Below, one piece after another: positions 12,611 through 26,706 of a DNA stretch of 64,000 nucleotides. Source of the DNA: Octopus sinensis (Eukaryota); assembly GCF_006345805.1 (NCBI RefSeq), contig NC_043002.1, forward strand, positions 27,094,001-27,158,000, in the 5' to 3' direction. The translations under genes and the position numbers were made by a program. How positions within the stretch are numbered: the stretch's first letter is position 1; the number at the start of each line of letters is the position of its first letter. The notes under the pieces were generated by a model. It saw nothing but the letters and a program-made list of their open reading frames with translations, was not told the DNA's origin and made no database searches.

Positions 12611-13179
12611 AATATATGCCGACTAAGTGATGCATAGAGAGCTCTCACATCCATTAATAGTGACCTGAGGTCGTTGAGCAGGTGACCCTGCTTTAGGGTG
12701 ACCTCAAGCCACGAACATTTATATTACCTACACTTAAATACCCCAGGATGACCGGACAGAATTAGAGAAAACACAAAGGGGCATCTACTTACCAGTCGGA
12801 TGTCAATGGAGCTCAGGCGGCTAAACATCCATCAGTTGATGAGGTTTCTCTGGGAACTCCTTTAAAAGATTACCCGTAGCCTTTATAGTAGATATTCCCA
12901 CGTCCAGTGGGAAACTCTTCCTAATGGGCTCACATGCTTCTATACGTATTTGCACCAACACCAATGTTTCTGACACTTTAAAGATGCTGGTGCCAAAGAT
13001 CACACCCTCTTTCTCGACATCGTTCCTTCGTGATAGGAGATCCATCAATTGTTTATTTGACTTCCTCTCTAGCACAAAATTTGGTGTTTGTGTGCTTGCT
13101 TGTTGCTGTTGGGAGTGTTTTCGTTTGGTCGGTTGTTGCTCATTTATATCATGGTTATTGATATTCTGAAAGACTCTCG

Positions 13180-14030
13180 GATAAATCTTAATTACCGGTT
13201 ATTCCTTACTTAAAAGCAGGCAATAATAAGTTGCCAAAGTTTTCATATAGTGCCTTCTCTTGTAGCTCAAGGAGACAATACTCTCTTTAGAATGCAAACT
13301 GTACCACCTTGATCCTGACAGCAGAATGCAAGCTGGATGAACCTCGAGCCTGACAGCAGCCCCAATGTTCCTAATATGTTTTCAAAGCTCTTCGAAACTT
13401 CCCCTAATGCTCCAATTACCACCGGAATCACCATCACATTTCTCATAACACATGACTTTCCTAACGCGTCCCGCAGTGGCTAGTATTTCTCAATCTTTTC
13501 TGTTTCCTTACATGTTAACCTCGAATCGCCTGGTATTGCGACATTAATTATCTGTACTTCCTTTTCATCTTTATGGATGATCACATCCTGTTGTCTCGCC
13601 TCTATGACTTGGTCGCACCGCATGATAAATCCCAGAGTATTTTGTAATGTCCGTTTTCCAATACTAACCCTGGCTTGTTTTCATACCATTGTTCCGTTCT
13701 CTCCGGGTTTGCTTTACCTCACAACAGCCAGAGGAATAACTGACCACATTGTCGTGTCTCCTTTTGTATTAGCGTTGTGCGAGCTTACAGCACTCGCAAA
13801 CGATATGGCTTATACTTTCTCCCTTCTGAGAGCACATCCTACACTGTAGCGAGTTAGTGTTTTATCAATGAGATATTCAGAGTAGTTTGTTCTTGAGCGC
13901 TGCACACAAATGCCTCAGTGGGCTCTGTTAAGTCGCATTTCTGCAGCCTTTGCCATGATCTCTTCCAATCAATCTCATCTTTATTCTTCAAGAACTGACT
14001 GTGCATTTTCTTGTGCTGCCCAGTTTACTT
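13180..14030 (-). mobile_element. Decayed R4/Dong-like 3' region (restriction-like endonuclease domain)
   Basis: The minus strand gives CDQVIEARQQDVI (about 13580-13625), resembling the TDHVIEARRPDIV RLE motif, followed by PVVIGALG-like sequence. Confidence 0.6.
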
Positions 14031-14239
14031 CATCTGTTGACATTATTATTATTGTTATTATTATTATTATTATCATTATTATTATTATTATTATATGTTT
14101 GACTTTCGCTTTATATTTGTAAAAGTTGGCTCCAAGTCTCACTCGGAGACCTCAAGAGACACCAGGTTAGAAGTTCACGTTGTTGTTATGCCTAGTGTGC
14201 CATATATTTGGTTCGTTTTGTGTTGTACTGGTGGATGTC

Positions 14240-14270
<31 letters not shown>

Positions 14271-14650
14271 TTGTTATTATTATTACTATTATTATTATTG
14301 TTGTTGTTGTTATTATTATTATTGTTGTTGTTGTTGTTATGATTTTATAAGTACATTAGCAATTGATCTTGCATATGTTCATATATTCTTTTACCTTTAC
14401 ATTGCTTGCTGACATGATGAGTGTCGCCTGTAAAGATTTTCACTGAAAAACGTCAGAATAAATGGAACTTTTCTTTGTAGATTACATTCAAGTGTCACTG
14501 TCATAGTGTGAATGTTACAATTTTTTTGTACATTTGCTCTTATATGGATATACCTATATCTACGTGTGCAACTGCGATACTTTTTATGTATGTAGATATA
14601 TATATATACATACAAATATATAGATATAAATATATTGCATATATAATTGT

Positions 14651-14684
<34 letters not shown>

Positions 14685-15914
14685 ATTTATATCAAGATTA
14701 CCAATAGATACAAGTGTGTGTCTTTTTAATGCTGCTGAAACCGTACGAAAAATACGTTACATAAAAACATAAAGAAACGAAATTCTCAATTAAGTAGGAT
14801 TTTCTAGTATGGCTGACTAAAATGTTACATTCAAATATACTTTAGTCTCTGCTATTTTTGTCACATTTTAAAATGTAATTTTTTTTTACAACCAACAAAT
14901 ATAGCTCTAGATTTCTCATATAAAACTATACAATTTACAAGGAAAGAACCAAAACTGTTACAACTACCTAAATTAAGATCAGTTTTTACTTACTTGCAGT
15001 CATTTTTGCACCTTGTAAACAATTCAAACTTTGTTACATGTAAATAGCAAAATAGGTGGGTGAAAAAAATGCATGATAATATCTTGAAATTATTTAATAT
15101 ACTGTGTAACACGACGTTCGTCCTTGGGTAGCAACAGTCATTTCGTATGTGCTTACTCCTAGAATGCGTGAAAAATTAATATATTTTTCAAATTGTGCTT
15201 TTATAACATTTATTAAAACCCCCTCTACTTCCGCTCATGATCAGTGATGCTCCCCATCTACTCCTGAACATATTGTCAGCCACTGAGGAACACGCTCAAG
15301 GGATAAAGGTCAAGCAACTGACAAGAAAATATGTGGTATTGACCAGAGTGTTCCCAATGGCAATATTTCTGCTTCAGCAGCCCAGCGCTGAATCTATCTG
15401 AAATCTAATGGAAAATAGGTCAGTTTCAAAACAAAAGCAAAGTTTAAAGGGAATAGTAATCATTTTCTTTGATTTCTAGATGGAATCACATACGAAATGA
15501 CACTTACTGACAAAGACAAAACTAATTAAAATTTGGTTGCACGGTGTTTATTCTATATTATATTTGATTGACGTAAATGATCTCAAGAGAAGAATCTGGT
15601 TCTGTAAAACCTCATCAGATTTGATGGACTAGAAAAACGTATCGGACAAATGGAGAAATTCAATGAAGCCTAAATTCCTCTTCAAATAGTAATGCTTCTG
15701 CTATTTTTCGAAAAGGCTGTGTATTATGATGCTTATTTGTAAGATCTTCATCACACCAGCATATTTATTTCTTTAAACAAAATTAAAATTCGCGCCATAA
15801 AATTATCTGAATGGGCATAAAGTCTTTATACTTGAATATAAGTAAGGCCTAAATTCATCTTTAAGACATCGCATGTCTGTTATTTTACCAAACCAAATTG
15901 GTATCTTTTATCAT

Positions 15915-16322
15915 TAACTAGTTTTAGTCATTACACTGTAGCCATAATGGGGCTTGGCCTTCAATAAATTAATCGATCGAAACGACCCATTTTTTAAAGC
16001 CTAGTACTTATTTAGTCGCACCCTTCTACCGAAACGCAATGTTACGGAGATGTAAACATACCAACGCCGATTGTCAAGCGCTGGAATGGGGAGAAACACA
16101 AACATAAATAGACACCAACACAAAGAAACATACACATGCACACGTGCAGACACACAAGCACCCATATATGTATATAACAGGCTTTTTTACACTTTCCGTC
16201 AACCAAATCCGGTGGCAAGACTCTGGTCGGTCCGCGGCTATAGTAGAAGATACTTCCTCAATGCTTCACATAGTGGGCCGGAAACCGGAAACATGTACTT
16301 AAGAAGCAAATTTCTTACCACA
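15915..16322 (-). mobile_element. Diverged copy of the SINE family at 19490-19908
   Basis: Shared segments TAGTACTTATT...GTAAAC...GGTCGG.CCG.GGCTATAGTAGAA...CTTACCACAC occur in the same order. Confidence 0.7.
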
Positions 16323-16999
16323 CAAAGATTCTCAAGACATCTTAAAGAGTGGAATTTAATACAGAGAGCCACATCAAATTTACTACAATGAAAAGTTTGT
16401 TTTAATGAAATGTCAAATTTGAGGGTAATTTCTCATATATTTTGGGGGATTAAAATCTTTGTAAATAAACTCAAGTAGCAAGTGTGATGCAAAAAAGCAA
16501 TGTTACATTGCTTCCACTTTTGGGCCGGTTTCACTCAAGTTCCAGTTATTGTTTGGTGTGTAAGATATGGGATATTTAGCAGATAGCTAAATTATGTAGA
16601 ATAATTAATCGAATATGTTGTCATTTGATAAATTAATGGAATTAGGTATTCAAAAATTAATCACTGCTAATATTGTTATATGAAAATTTATTTCTTTCCT
16701 AAAATAATACTTACAATCATCACCATGATGATGATCATCATCATCATTATTATTATCACCAGCATCATCATCATTATTATTATTACTATTTTGCTTTGTA
16801 TCTGTACAAATTGGCGCTATGTCTCACCCAGAGACCTCAAGAGACAATTCAGAAGTTCATGTTGGTGTTATGCTTGGGGTGTCGTGTATTTGATTTTGCA
16901 CATAGTATTGTCCTAGAGAATGTTTAAGAAAACAAGAAAATTATGAGTTTATTTTAAAATTTGAGATTACATAGACAGTATTTTACGTAGGATATGAGC

Positions 17000-18829
17000 A
17001 GTTCCGACGAACACTAGCTTTTGAATTTCTGCCATTTTTCGTTTTCATAGTATCTGAGTTAGGTAGGAATCACCTCCTTTTGCTATCATTCCTAGGGCAT
17101 CTAGAAAATCTAAGGCAGCAGTGTTAGCACGAGCTTTCATACGCTTAGCTTTTCCTGTGCTTGTCTCTAGTACGTCTAATTCTGGAAATTGTTGTATTTG
17201 GAATCCACTTAGATATTACTTTGTTTCATTGTTTTCATGCTTTGAGACAAGTTTTAACATCCAGTCCTCAGAGTTCTTCAGGTAGATGTTTAGGCCAATT
17301 ATGGCAATCTTAATTCTTAATTCCAGTTGTAAACATCCACGGCCTCCCTCTTTTCTTGGCAGATAAAGGTATTATATATCTCCCTTAGGGTGATGCATCG
17401 TATGCATTGTCAACAATTTTCGTATTTTTCTGTCAAGACTACATATTTCAGAAATTGACCAGTTAATAATATTGAAACTGTAAGTCACGATTGGTATGGC
17501 TAAAGTATTGATCGCTTCGATCATGTTTCAGCTATGTTTTGAGTATTGCTCTTACCCTGCGATAACATTCTCTTTTGACCCTTTCCCTCATCATTGAATG
17601 TTTGATTCCATCCCCTACAAATACCCCTACGTATTTGTTGCTCTCCGCTGGTTCTAATTCTTTTATGAAATTCTGCTGGTCAAGATTAACATTGGAAGTT
17701 TCTGTCATTTTTTTCTTTGAAAAAGTAGCTTTTTCACATTTGTCGAGGTCAAATTGCATCCTGATATCATCACGGAAATCTCTAACAATTGCCAGTAAAC
17801 CCTATAGTTGTTGGTAAATTTCTGCAACGAGTTTTAAATGATACATCTAAATGAGATGATTTATATTTTTATTAAACATTTTATAACCGTATTGTACATC
17901 ATTCAGCAATTTGGAGAGAGTTATTAAGGCTAGACAAAAGCGGAGTGGTGATAGTGTCACCCTGGAAAATGCCACAGGAAATTCTAACATCTCCAGCATT
18001 GAGAGATTCATTGTCACTGTTCAAAATCAGTGTGGTTCCCCATGATCTCACACTTACAGAGAAGAAATTTCGCAAAGTACGTGCTATTTTATATATCTCC
18101 AAACATTTCTTAATCCAGCTATGTGGTAGACTATCAAAAGTTTTTTAATAGTCTATCCAGACTATTGACAAGATGTTTTTGTCGTTTGTTTTAATCTTCG
18201 AAGATCATCTTATTGATGAGTAGCTGATCTTTGCAACCACAGGAGCCCACGTTTACATCTTTTTTGCTCATTAGGGAATATGCCACTTTCTATTTAAAAC
18301 AATTGGTATATTCAGCCAAGGCAGATGTTATCATTTTATACATTGTTGTTAAGTAGGTTGTGGGTCTATAATTTTATGGTTCATTTTGTTTCTTCATTTT
18401 TTGGAAATAGGAATATAACACCATTACCTAGCCAAGAGGGAGTTATACTAGGTTGTTGTAAAACATTTTTGTAAAGTTTTGTTAGCAGTTCATGGCTCTC
18501 TGGGAGAGCATTCAACTATAAGTTCGGAATTTTATCCTTTCTTTGGAGATTTCTATTTGCTTGACTTCCTGAGAGCAGATTTTACATGTTTTACCTTGAT
18601 ACCTTCCCACTTTTGCTTTTCTCAGGAGTGTAAGTCTGTAGATATTCTATCAATCCAAGAGACATTTTCATTGTGTGATTTTTCTCTGCCCATATTTTAT
18701 TCCACTTCTTCTTTTTACAGGACAGACTTTATTGTAACTGGTAGTTTCCCTGTCTTCCTGTAAAAATATTTTGTGTTATTTTTGAATATGTTCTTGTCCT
18801 TGAAGAATCTAATAAATATTATTATTATT

Positions 18830-18861
<32 letters not shown>

Positions 18862-19480
18862 TATTGGAAGAAAAGCGCTCGAAGTCAAATGACTCAAACT
18901 TGTAAAAGAGTAAGTCTCTTTTTTTTTTAATATGAAGAATTTTATATAATTCGATTTTAGATTTGGCAATATGTTATTTCAAATATTTTTATATAGCTAT
19001 TAACTTCTATGCTTTGTTTTGTTTTGTTCTTCTTTTCTGCGTATGGTTATACAACTTTCCTCTTTATCATGTCTGGGTGCGGAAAGTGGAGTAAAAGATT
19101 GGGCAATGGAGATACCAAATGTCTTTGGCATTGGTTATATGGTTATATGTGACATTATCGAAGGTATCTTCAATCTTACCGTCTGCGGTTTGGTTCGTTG
19201 TAGCGGCACCCGCTATATGAGAAGGTTCTCGGTATATCCATGGTCTTTATCACGCATGGGAACATGATCAGACCTCTTTTACCAGAAACTAGATGGCTCA
19301 TTATTGCTATACTGCTTTGTTTGTTTGTTTTGATTTTCTAAATAGCGTGTTTATATAATTTGCTTTTCGCCAATTTAGAAAAATTTAGTTTTTGTCTATA
19401 GATTTCAACTTGAAAAATAATTCTTGGGTTTTAATGATTTGCGATATTTGTCTAAAATATAGTTACGTTTCGTCTTCAGA
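17000..19480 (-). mobile_element. Decayed R4/Dong-like non-LTR retrotransposon, interrupted by an (ATT/ATC)n tract at about 18818-18865
   Basis: ORF fragments MQFDLDKCEKATF...NKYVGV...RECYRRVRAILK and VRISCGIFQGDT. Boundaries approximate. Confidence 0.7.
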
Positions 19481-19489
19481 AATAGTTAA

Positions 19490-19908
19490 CTGTTTTACTC
19501 TTTTAGTTGTTTCAGTCATTTTACTTTTGCCATGCTGGAGCACCGCCTTCAGTCGAGCAAATCGACCCCAGGACATATTCTTTGTAAGCTTAGTACCTAT
19601 TCTAGCGGTCTTTTTTGCCAACACGCTAATTTAAGGAGACGTAAACACACCAGCATCGGTTGTCAAACGATGTTGGGGTGACAACACAGACACACAAACA
19701 TACACACACACGCCCCCCCACACACACACATATATACACATATACGTCGAGCTTCTTCCAGTTTCCGTCTACCAAATCCATTCGCAAGTCTTTGGTCGGC
19801 CCGAGGCTATAGTAGAAAACATTAGCCCAAGGTACTACACAGTGGGACTGAACCCGGAACCATGTGGTTGGTAAGCAAGCTACTTACCACACAGCCACTC
19901 CTACGCCT
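19490..19908 (-). mobile_element. SINE (tRNA-like head, internal (CA)n)
   Basis: The minus-strand head GGCGTAGGAGTGGCTGTGTGGTAAGTAGC...GGTTCCGGGTTCAGTCCC has A/B-box-like motifs. Related copies lie at 10456 and 15915-16322. Confidence 0.8.
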
Positions 19909-20846
19909 GTTTGTAAAAGAAGTAACTTCTAATTGAGATACAGGTGCAGGGTTACAAATATTCTTCATAAATTGGACCCGAAGAGAAGTGAACAAGTGGA
20001 AGCGAGAGCATAAATATATTGTGTCTAAGTCCGGAAATTGAATTTAAATATGATGTATTTTGGTGGCGAATTTGGACAGAAAATTGTTGTTAATATGATT
20101 AAAGTTGAAGGGCAATTCTCCTTTTTAGCGTATCTAACTGTGGTCATGCCAGTTAGTTTATGATGTGTTTGAGGGTGCTAAATTTAATGTGGTGCAGTTT
20201 GAAGAAAGATTTGTTGCCCTTTAGAAAACTCATGGGTGTTGCTTTAGGAGGGTTTATTGGTATCAAGAGCGCAGAAGTGTTGGATTTCTAGTGTTCCGTG
20301 AACATGGATTCCAAACCAGTTATTTCTCATGGAATGTGAATTTTCATTTCTTACTGAGGTACATTAAACTCACAAGTAAAACACATAATTTATCTGTCTT
20401 CCTTTCAGAGCTCAGAATCTGTTACTTTCTATTTCTGTTTGACATTTACTAGGTAAGTGACAGTACATTCTAGTTAATCGTCTCCCATTAAATGAATGCA
20501 ATTTGTATACCTAAAAATATGGTCAGCTAAGGTTAGAAGAAATGAGAACACAGTAGCTGATAATTTAAAGCTTTCGAAAGACAATCTACTTCATCCTATA
20601 AGAGCGTTTCAAATTCCTTCCTATCATCCAGCATAATTTATTTTATAGAGTGCAAGGACCGAAAGTTGCATTGAAAATGTTATTCAGAGTGTAAGTCAGA
20701 ATTTTAAGTGGGCGTATGCTTTTAAATTTGAATAAAAGTAAAAAGTATTAATTTCTTATACCAATTCCAACTTCAAGTGCAATATTTTTTAGACTTTTAG
20801 GGTGCATTTAATTTCTTTACTAAGATTGAGTTATCTTTAAAAAGAA

Positions 20847-20914
20847 AAGCCACTGTTAAATTGTACTGAAATGCAAAGGTGTTTTGAAAATGTATATCTT
20901 CAAATAAGAGTTCC

Positions 20915-20945
<31 letters not shown>

Positions 20946-20959
20946 TATATATATTATAT

Positions 20960-20991
<32 letters not shown>

Positions 20992-21059
20992 GGAACTCCT
21001 ATTTGAAGATATACATTTTCAAAACACCTTTGCATTTCAGTACAATTTAACAGTGGCTT
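20847..21059. repeat. Inverted repeat, 69-bp arms around a (TA)n spacer
   Basis: 20847-20915 is the reverse complement of 20991-21059 with one mismatch. Confidence 0.95.
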
Positions 21060-21150
21060 ATATATATATATATGTATGTCTGTATGTATGTATGCACACA
21101 TGTGTATATGTATGCATGTATATATGTATATATATATATATATATAATAT

Positions 21151-21194
<44 letters not shown>

Positions 21195-21477
21195 ATGTGT
21201 GTGTGTGTAGGTATGTATTCCTGAGCGTTATACTAATACATCTGTTTGTTTTGTACACCACCTGTCTTCGACTTAACTAAGATTGAGTTATCTTTAGAAA
21301 GAAAAGCCAATGTTAAATTGCACACACGCACGCATACTGGCGCGCACACACTAGCATTACACAATCACAAAGATACATAATGAAAGCATCTCCGATAACG
21401 GACTGAGTTAACATCTACTGAAATGGGTGAAAAGCCACGAAAATGTGTGGAAGACACAACATAAAATAATAAAAGGA

Positions 21478-21488
21478 TAATAATAATA

Positions 21489-21529
<41 letters not shown>

Positions 21530-21541
21530 GTAATAATAATA

Positions 21542-21591
<50 letters not shown>

Positions 21592-21594
21592 GTA

Positions 21595-21643
<49 letters not shown>
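21478..21643. repeat. (AAT)n microsatellite
   Basis: Direct reading. It produces the poly-Y/poly-I ORF at 21415-21816. Confidence 0.95.
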
Positions 21644-21645
<2 letters not shown>

Positions 21646-22007
21646 GAGTGGAAAATGAACCGCTATGTGTGTGTTAGATATTAGGGTAGTATGACTCACC
21701 CCAGACACAATGATATATAGACAGATTGATAGATAGATAGATAGATAGAGAGAAAGAGAAATTTTCGGAGAGAGACGAGGAGAAACAGACGGAGAGATAA
21801 ACAGAAAAGCACGCATATAAATTTATAAGAAAAAAAGATACCCTCAAACATAGAGAGATGCATATTAAAATTTTCAAATCTCGAGATAAAACCTTTCTTA
21901 ATTTATATACAATCTTACATGCACTTACACACATGCAAACACATACACACATGCAAACACATACACACATGCAAACACATACACACACACGCACAAACTT
22001 ATATTTT

Positions 22008-22051
<44 letters not shown>

Positions 22052-22225
22052 GAGAGAGATTTATATATATAGAGAGATATAGATATAGATATAGATATAG
22101 ATATAGATATATATCTATGCATGCATTCAGATGAATAAATGTAATATATTTCATCTGAAGCTTTGAACTTCTCCTGTCGTTGCAATATCTCTGTTACATA
22201 TGTGTATGGATATTTTCTTCACGTT

Positions 22226-22263
<38 letters not shown>

Positions 22264-22273
22264 GTATATATAT

Positions 22274-22308
<35 letters not shown>

Positions 22309-24757
22309 ATATAATATAATATAATATAATATAAATACACACATTCATATATATGTGTAAATATTTTGATACAACCTCCTACACGTAACCTGTGTATGAT
22401 TACATTTATATATGTATGTCTCTACTTGCGTTTCCCAATAAATGTGTATAGAGGTGCTTAGAATTATCTAATGTATTATGGTAATAGAATATAATTTGCC
22501 CCATCTATAAAAATCTAATGCATTTAGGGTGATCCATTATACTTAATACTGTCTAGTTCGAAGGAGATGACTACCTATCTCTTGAAACATATGGAAATGG
22601 ATACACAAGATGAATATTTGGGGAAATATACTGCAATATTGGCATCGGCAGATTTAATAGTGTATGTTCGAAATAGTACCACTGTTCCACGAACCGGTGC
22701 TGTGCCGGTGACATTTCATTAGGATCGTCTTTCGTGAATTTCGAAGGAGTCGCTTGGAGCATATATGTAGAAAGCCTAGTTCGATGATTCGCATGCCAGA
22801 CACAATAGCTGATTCTAACATTATTGGCTCAATTGCTTCAGAGCGCTATTTATTTTCATTCTTATCTTATTCATCGATTGCACATTGTATGATTTGTTGT
22901 TTCGTTTTGCCTTTTTCACTTGGCATGCAGAAAAAGTTGTATGTTTGTGTTCAAACAGCCATGATTCCTCGAACAATAGAGATTCAGAGTGATTACTTTC
23001 CTGCAAAAAGTAGCCACTAATTGCCCATCAAACACTACCACTCCCTTTAGAAAATATGTCCGTACAAGAGGTGTGCAGCTTGAACACACTTGGTTAAATG
23101 ATACAGTCAGGAGTGATCTGGTGCTTACAAATGCAAAAGCATGTACTGCTGTATTTATAAGTACAGTGAAAAACCTGAAACAAAAATCATTTGCTTTCAA
23201 AAAGATACATTTTAATGAAACATAAACAGTCAAAAACAGAATTCGAGAGAAATTGTTTCTTCATTTAATGTAATTTTATAAGACGCAGAAAAAATACAAT
23301 AAAATGCCCTTCTTGTACCATTAAGGTTATTAATACTGTACAAGGATACATTGTGAAACAGTCAATTATTTATGAATATATTTCCTTGGTTAAATTATTA
23401 ATTCAATTCACAACATTGTTTTATGTCAGGGTAAGAGGGGAGCATTAATTTTTTTTATGGCTTAGTCAGGAGACGATATCTTTGCAGATGACTTTTGCTG
23501 ATGCTCCGAGACTGGCGAGACTGTTCATTAACGTTTAACATAGTTAACTGGTAGTGAACAACTGTAGTAAAACATGAACTTGGGGAATTTTCTAGATCAC
23601 TGAACCTCTGGAAATGAATATGGTCAAAAGTGACTACTGTGTGCTGTGAGTATAGTGGTGGATATAACATAGTTGCGAAGAGAAGTAAGGTCGACTGTTA
23701 AGTTGAACTAGGTGCAATCAATCAGCTAACTCTGGGGAACAGAGATCATTGCATTAAAAAGTTAAAAAGAGAGACGAGAAGAAAATATTGTCAATAAGTG
23801 AATAGATGATAAACAGTCAAGTGACTTTACTTTGGATGAAATCTATGTTCTTAGAGCAGCATCATGCCAATGTAGAAACAGTATTTCTTCGTTACTTTCA
23901 CTTGAGTGTTCACACAGTCAAAAAATGGAGCGCTCATATAGTCTTTAAAAAAAAGGTAAAATTGAGTGCTGTCGCCAAATGCTTCTGTTTAGCAGAGGCA
24001 ACATTGTTCCAGATTTTAAAGCAGAATCCCAATTTGGGTTTCCCTTGATCTTTACAATATTTATCACAACAGTTTCATTGTCATTAGTGTCTTATTAAAA
24101 ATATGTGAATTTATATATGAGAAAATATCTAAAATATATTTAGAGAATATTCTATCACAGAAATAACTTTCATTCTTTAATGAGATATATTTCGATTGAT
24201 CTGCATGCACTTTCATAAAAACAATAACTGTAAACAGTTGTTCATTGTTGAGATATGCAAGTTAAAGATTTAAATACACTCTTGTATTTTAAAAATCCAT
24301 TCAAGTGAAAGTAAACAGAAATAAAATAAGAAGTAACAATGGAAATTTTGGGATATTTAAATCGATACAATTATTTTCCTGTTTCAAAATGTAACCCGTT
24401 CTATTACCCAGTGATAATTGCAATAATGAAATTTTTTTTTATATAATCAAACATAAATGTATACACTCATATATAAAAGTATACACTATATATTCATCTT
24501 CTATTTTTCTTTTTTCGTTTCCTTATTTCAATTCTTTCTTTATCCTTTCTCGACATTTGCTCTTTCACTTCCCCCATTTCCTCATCTTCCTGTCCCTTAA
24601 TTCTCTTTTCATAGTCTTTCTTTTAATCTCATTCCTACTTCTTTTCCTGTCTTTCCCTCCCTTTATCATACTTTCTTCCTATCATCACACCTGACGAGTG
24701 CAAACAATATGTTAATATATATATACATATATATATATATATATGTATATATAAATG

Positions 24758-25066
24758 TATTAGAAGAAATGAGGTACTCAGAAAATCGGATGGTTTATAT
24801 TTACAGATATTTATTTGTATATTACATTTTTTATATATCATATAACTTAGATCATGTATTAGCGCTTTCTCCCATTCTAGTGGGGGTGTCAAATCAAACT
24901 AAGTTCCTGTGTGAGAGGAACTTAGTTTGATTTGAAAACCCCACTAGAATAGGAGAAAGCGCTAATACATGACCTAAGTTATATGATATATAAAACATGT
25001 AATATACAAATAAATATCTGTAAATATAAACCATCCGATTTTCTGAGTACCTCATTTCTTCTAATA
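24758..25066. repeat. Long hairpin, 151-bp arms with a 7-nt loop (GTGTGAG)
   Basis: 24758-24908 is the reverse complement of 24916-25066, with 5 mismatches counted by eye. Confidence 0.95.
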
Positions 25067-25099
25067 TATAATACCAGTACATCATCTCCAAACCTTCCA

Positions 25100-25140
<41 letters not shown>

Positions 25141-26527
25141 TATGTGTGTGTGCATGTAAATATATATGTATGTGTGTGTGCGTGTGTTTATATATAGACA
25201 TAGATAGATAGATATATTTCAACCCTATCGTACATTGAAAAATATGTTCGAAGACTGAATCAGTCTTTTGTCTAAAATCCATTACCTAAACATTTGGTCG
25301 AATTTTGCACTGTCCATAATGTGTTAAGCATTTAGGATTTGGTCACTTCAGTCTGAAATTATCTTCCTTTATTTCATCCACCAGTCTCATCAAGTTTCGA
25401 GCATTTCGAGTTGGAAATCCAATTTAATATCACCGTTTACTCTTCTTCTCACCAGTCTCAGAAGCTATGCCAAACAGTCACATGCGTCGCGCATCCTCCT
25501 GTAACTAAGATCTTTTCAAAAACACACAAATACATAAACTTATGTACTAGAATTTTTATACACATTATAAACAAGAAAGAAGTTTCTGTATTGTTGTTCA
25601 AGAGGTTTACTGAAACATCTCGATTGTGGCATGTTATAAAATGTAGTAATACGTACGCATTACAACATGGGTTAGTATATTTTAATAAAATATTACATAT
25701 TCATTTTTGGAACGATAAGTAGCAATCATTAAATGAAGCATAAACATAAGACATAGCTATAACCATACTGTATCACAATTTTAACAACGATATCTAAATT
25801 TGCCTATCTAAATACAAAACATTTAAAAAAAATGAACATTTGAGACAATTTGTTACAACTTTTTACTAATAATTTTCTTTCAAAACCTTCAGCAAAGAAC
25901 AATATCTAAATAATTATATTTCAAACACAAAACATTGTTGTGTGAGTCTCTGTGTTTGTTTATCTTTGGAGTGTCAAAAGAAAAAAAGAAAATAAACAAA
26001 AAGAAATAAAATGTTGTAGCGTGAGGGCATACATTACATTCTAACAATAGCCCATGACCAAGCATTTTGAGTGGGGTTAAATCAATACTTTCCAGTTAGT
26101 TCTCAAATAATGTTAATTTTACCAAATCAGAAAAGATCATAAGTAAAATCGATTTAGGCGGTATTTGAACTGATACTGTTAAAGGATGATTGTAAATACC
26201 GGGAAGTATTCGGTCAAATGCTTTATAAATTCTACTAAAACATTCAAGCAATGTCTTAAACAAATGAACGTGAGTGTGAAACTGGTAATAAGAGCTTTTG
26301 TAACGGAGTAAATCAATATATAGATGGTACAGAGAAATTCTTATAAGAGTCAAGTTTGCGAGAAATTTGTAATTTCGCATGATGCATGGATGATGCTATA
26401 GAGAAGTGATTAAGCTGCTCAATGTGCACCAACAGGGTACTGGTAACTACCACTGCCCGTCACCTTAGTATAATTTCATAACTCCAGGATGAATAATGTT
26501 CGTGGGAAGTAAATTTGTTATGTACAG

Positions 26528-26581
<54 letters not shown>

Positions 26582-26668
26582 AAGGGTGAAAAGGAACACA
26601 CGAGTTGATATATATGAAAAAACAAGTCAAAAATAGAAAATGCTAAAATAATTTTATAATGAACATTT

Positions 26669-26706
26669 CAGTACCGGTTTCGGTCATTTTGAGACCTTTT
26701 CAACTG
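26669..26706 (-). ncRNA. Identical inverted copy of the U3:A8 hammerhead motif
   Basis: Exact reverse complement of 26944-26981 in the left arm of the hairpin. Confidence 0.65.

Noticed and set aside
15595-15625. Minus-strand CTGATGAGG...GAACC
   Set aside because: It forms a simple hairpin and lacks the GAAA and NUH elements.
19468-19482. Minus-strand CTGAAGA-C-GAAACGT-A
   Set aside because: No stem II and no stem I; likely a chance match.
22480-23300. Short ORFs possibly from a DNA transposon or Helitron
   Set aside because: No catalytic or structural motif could be recognised.
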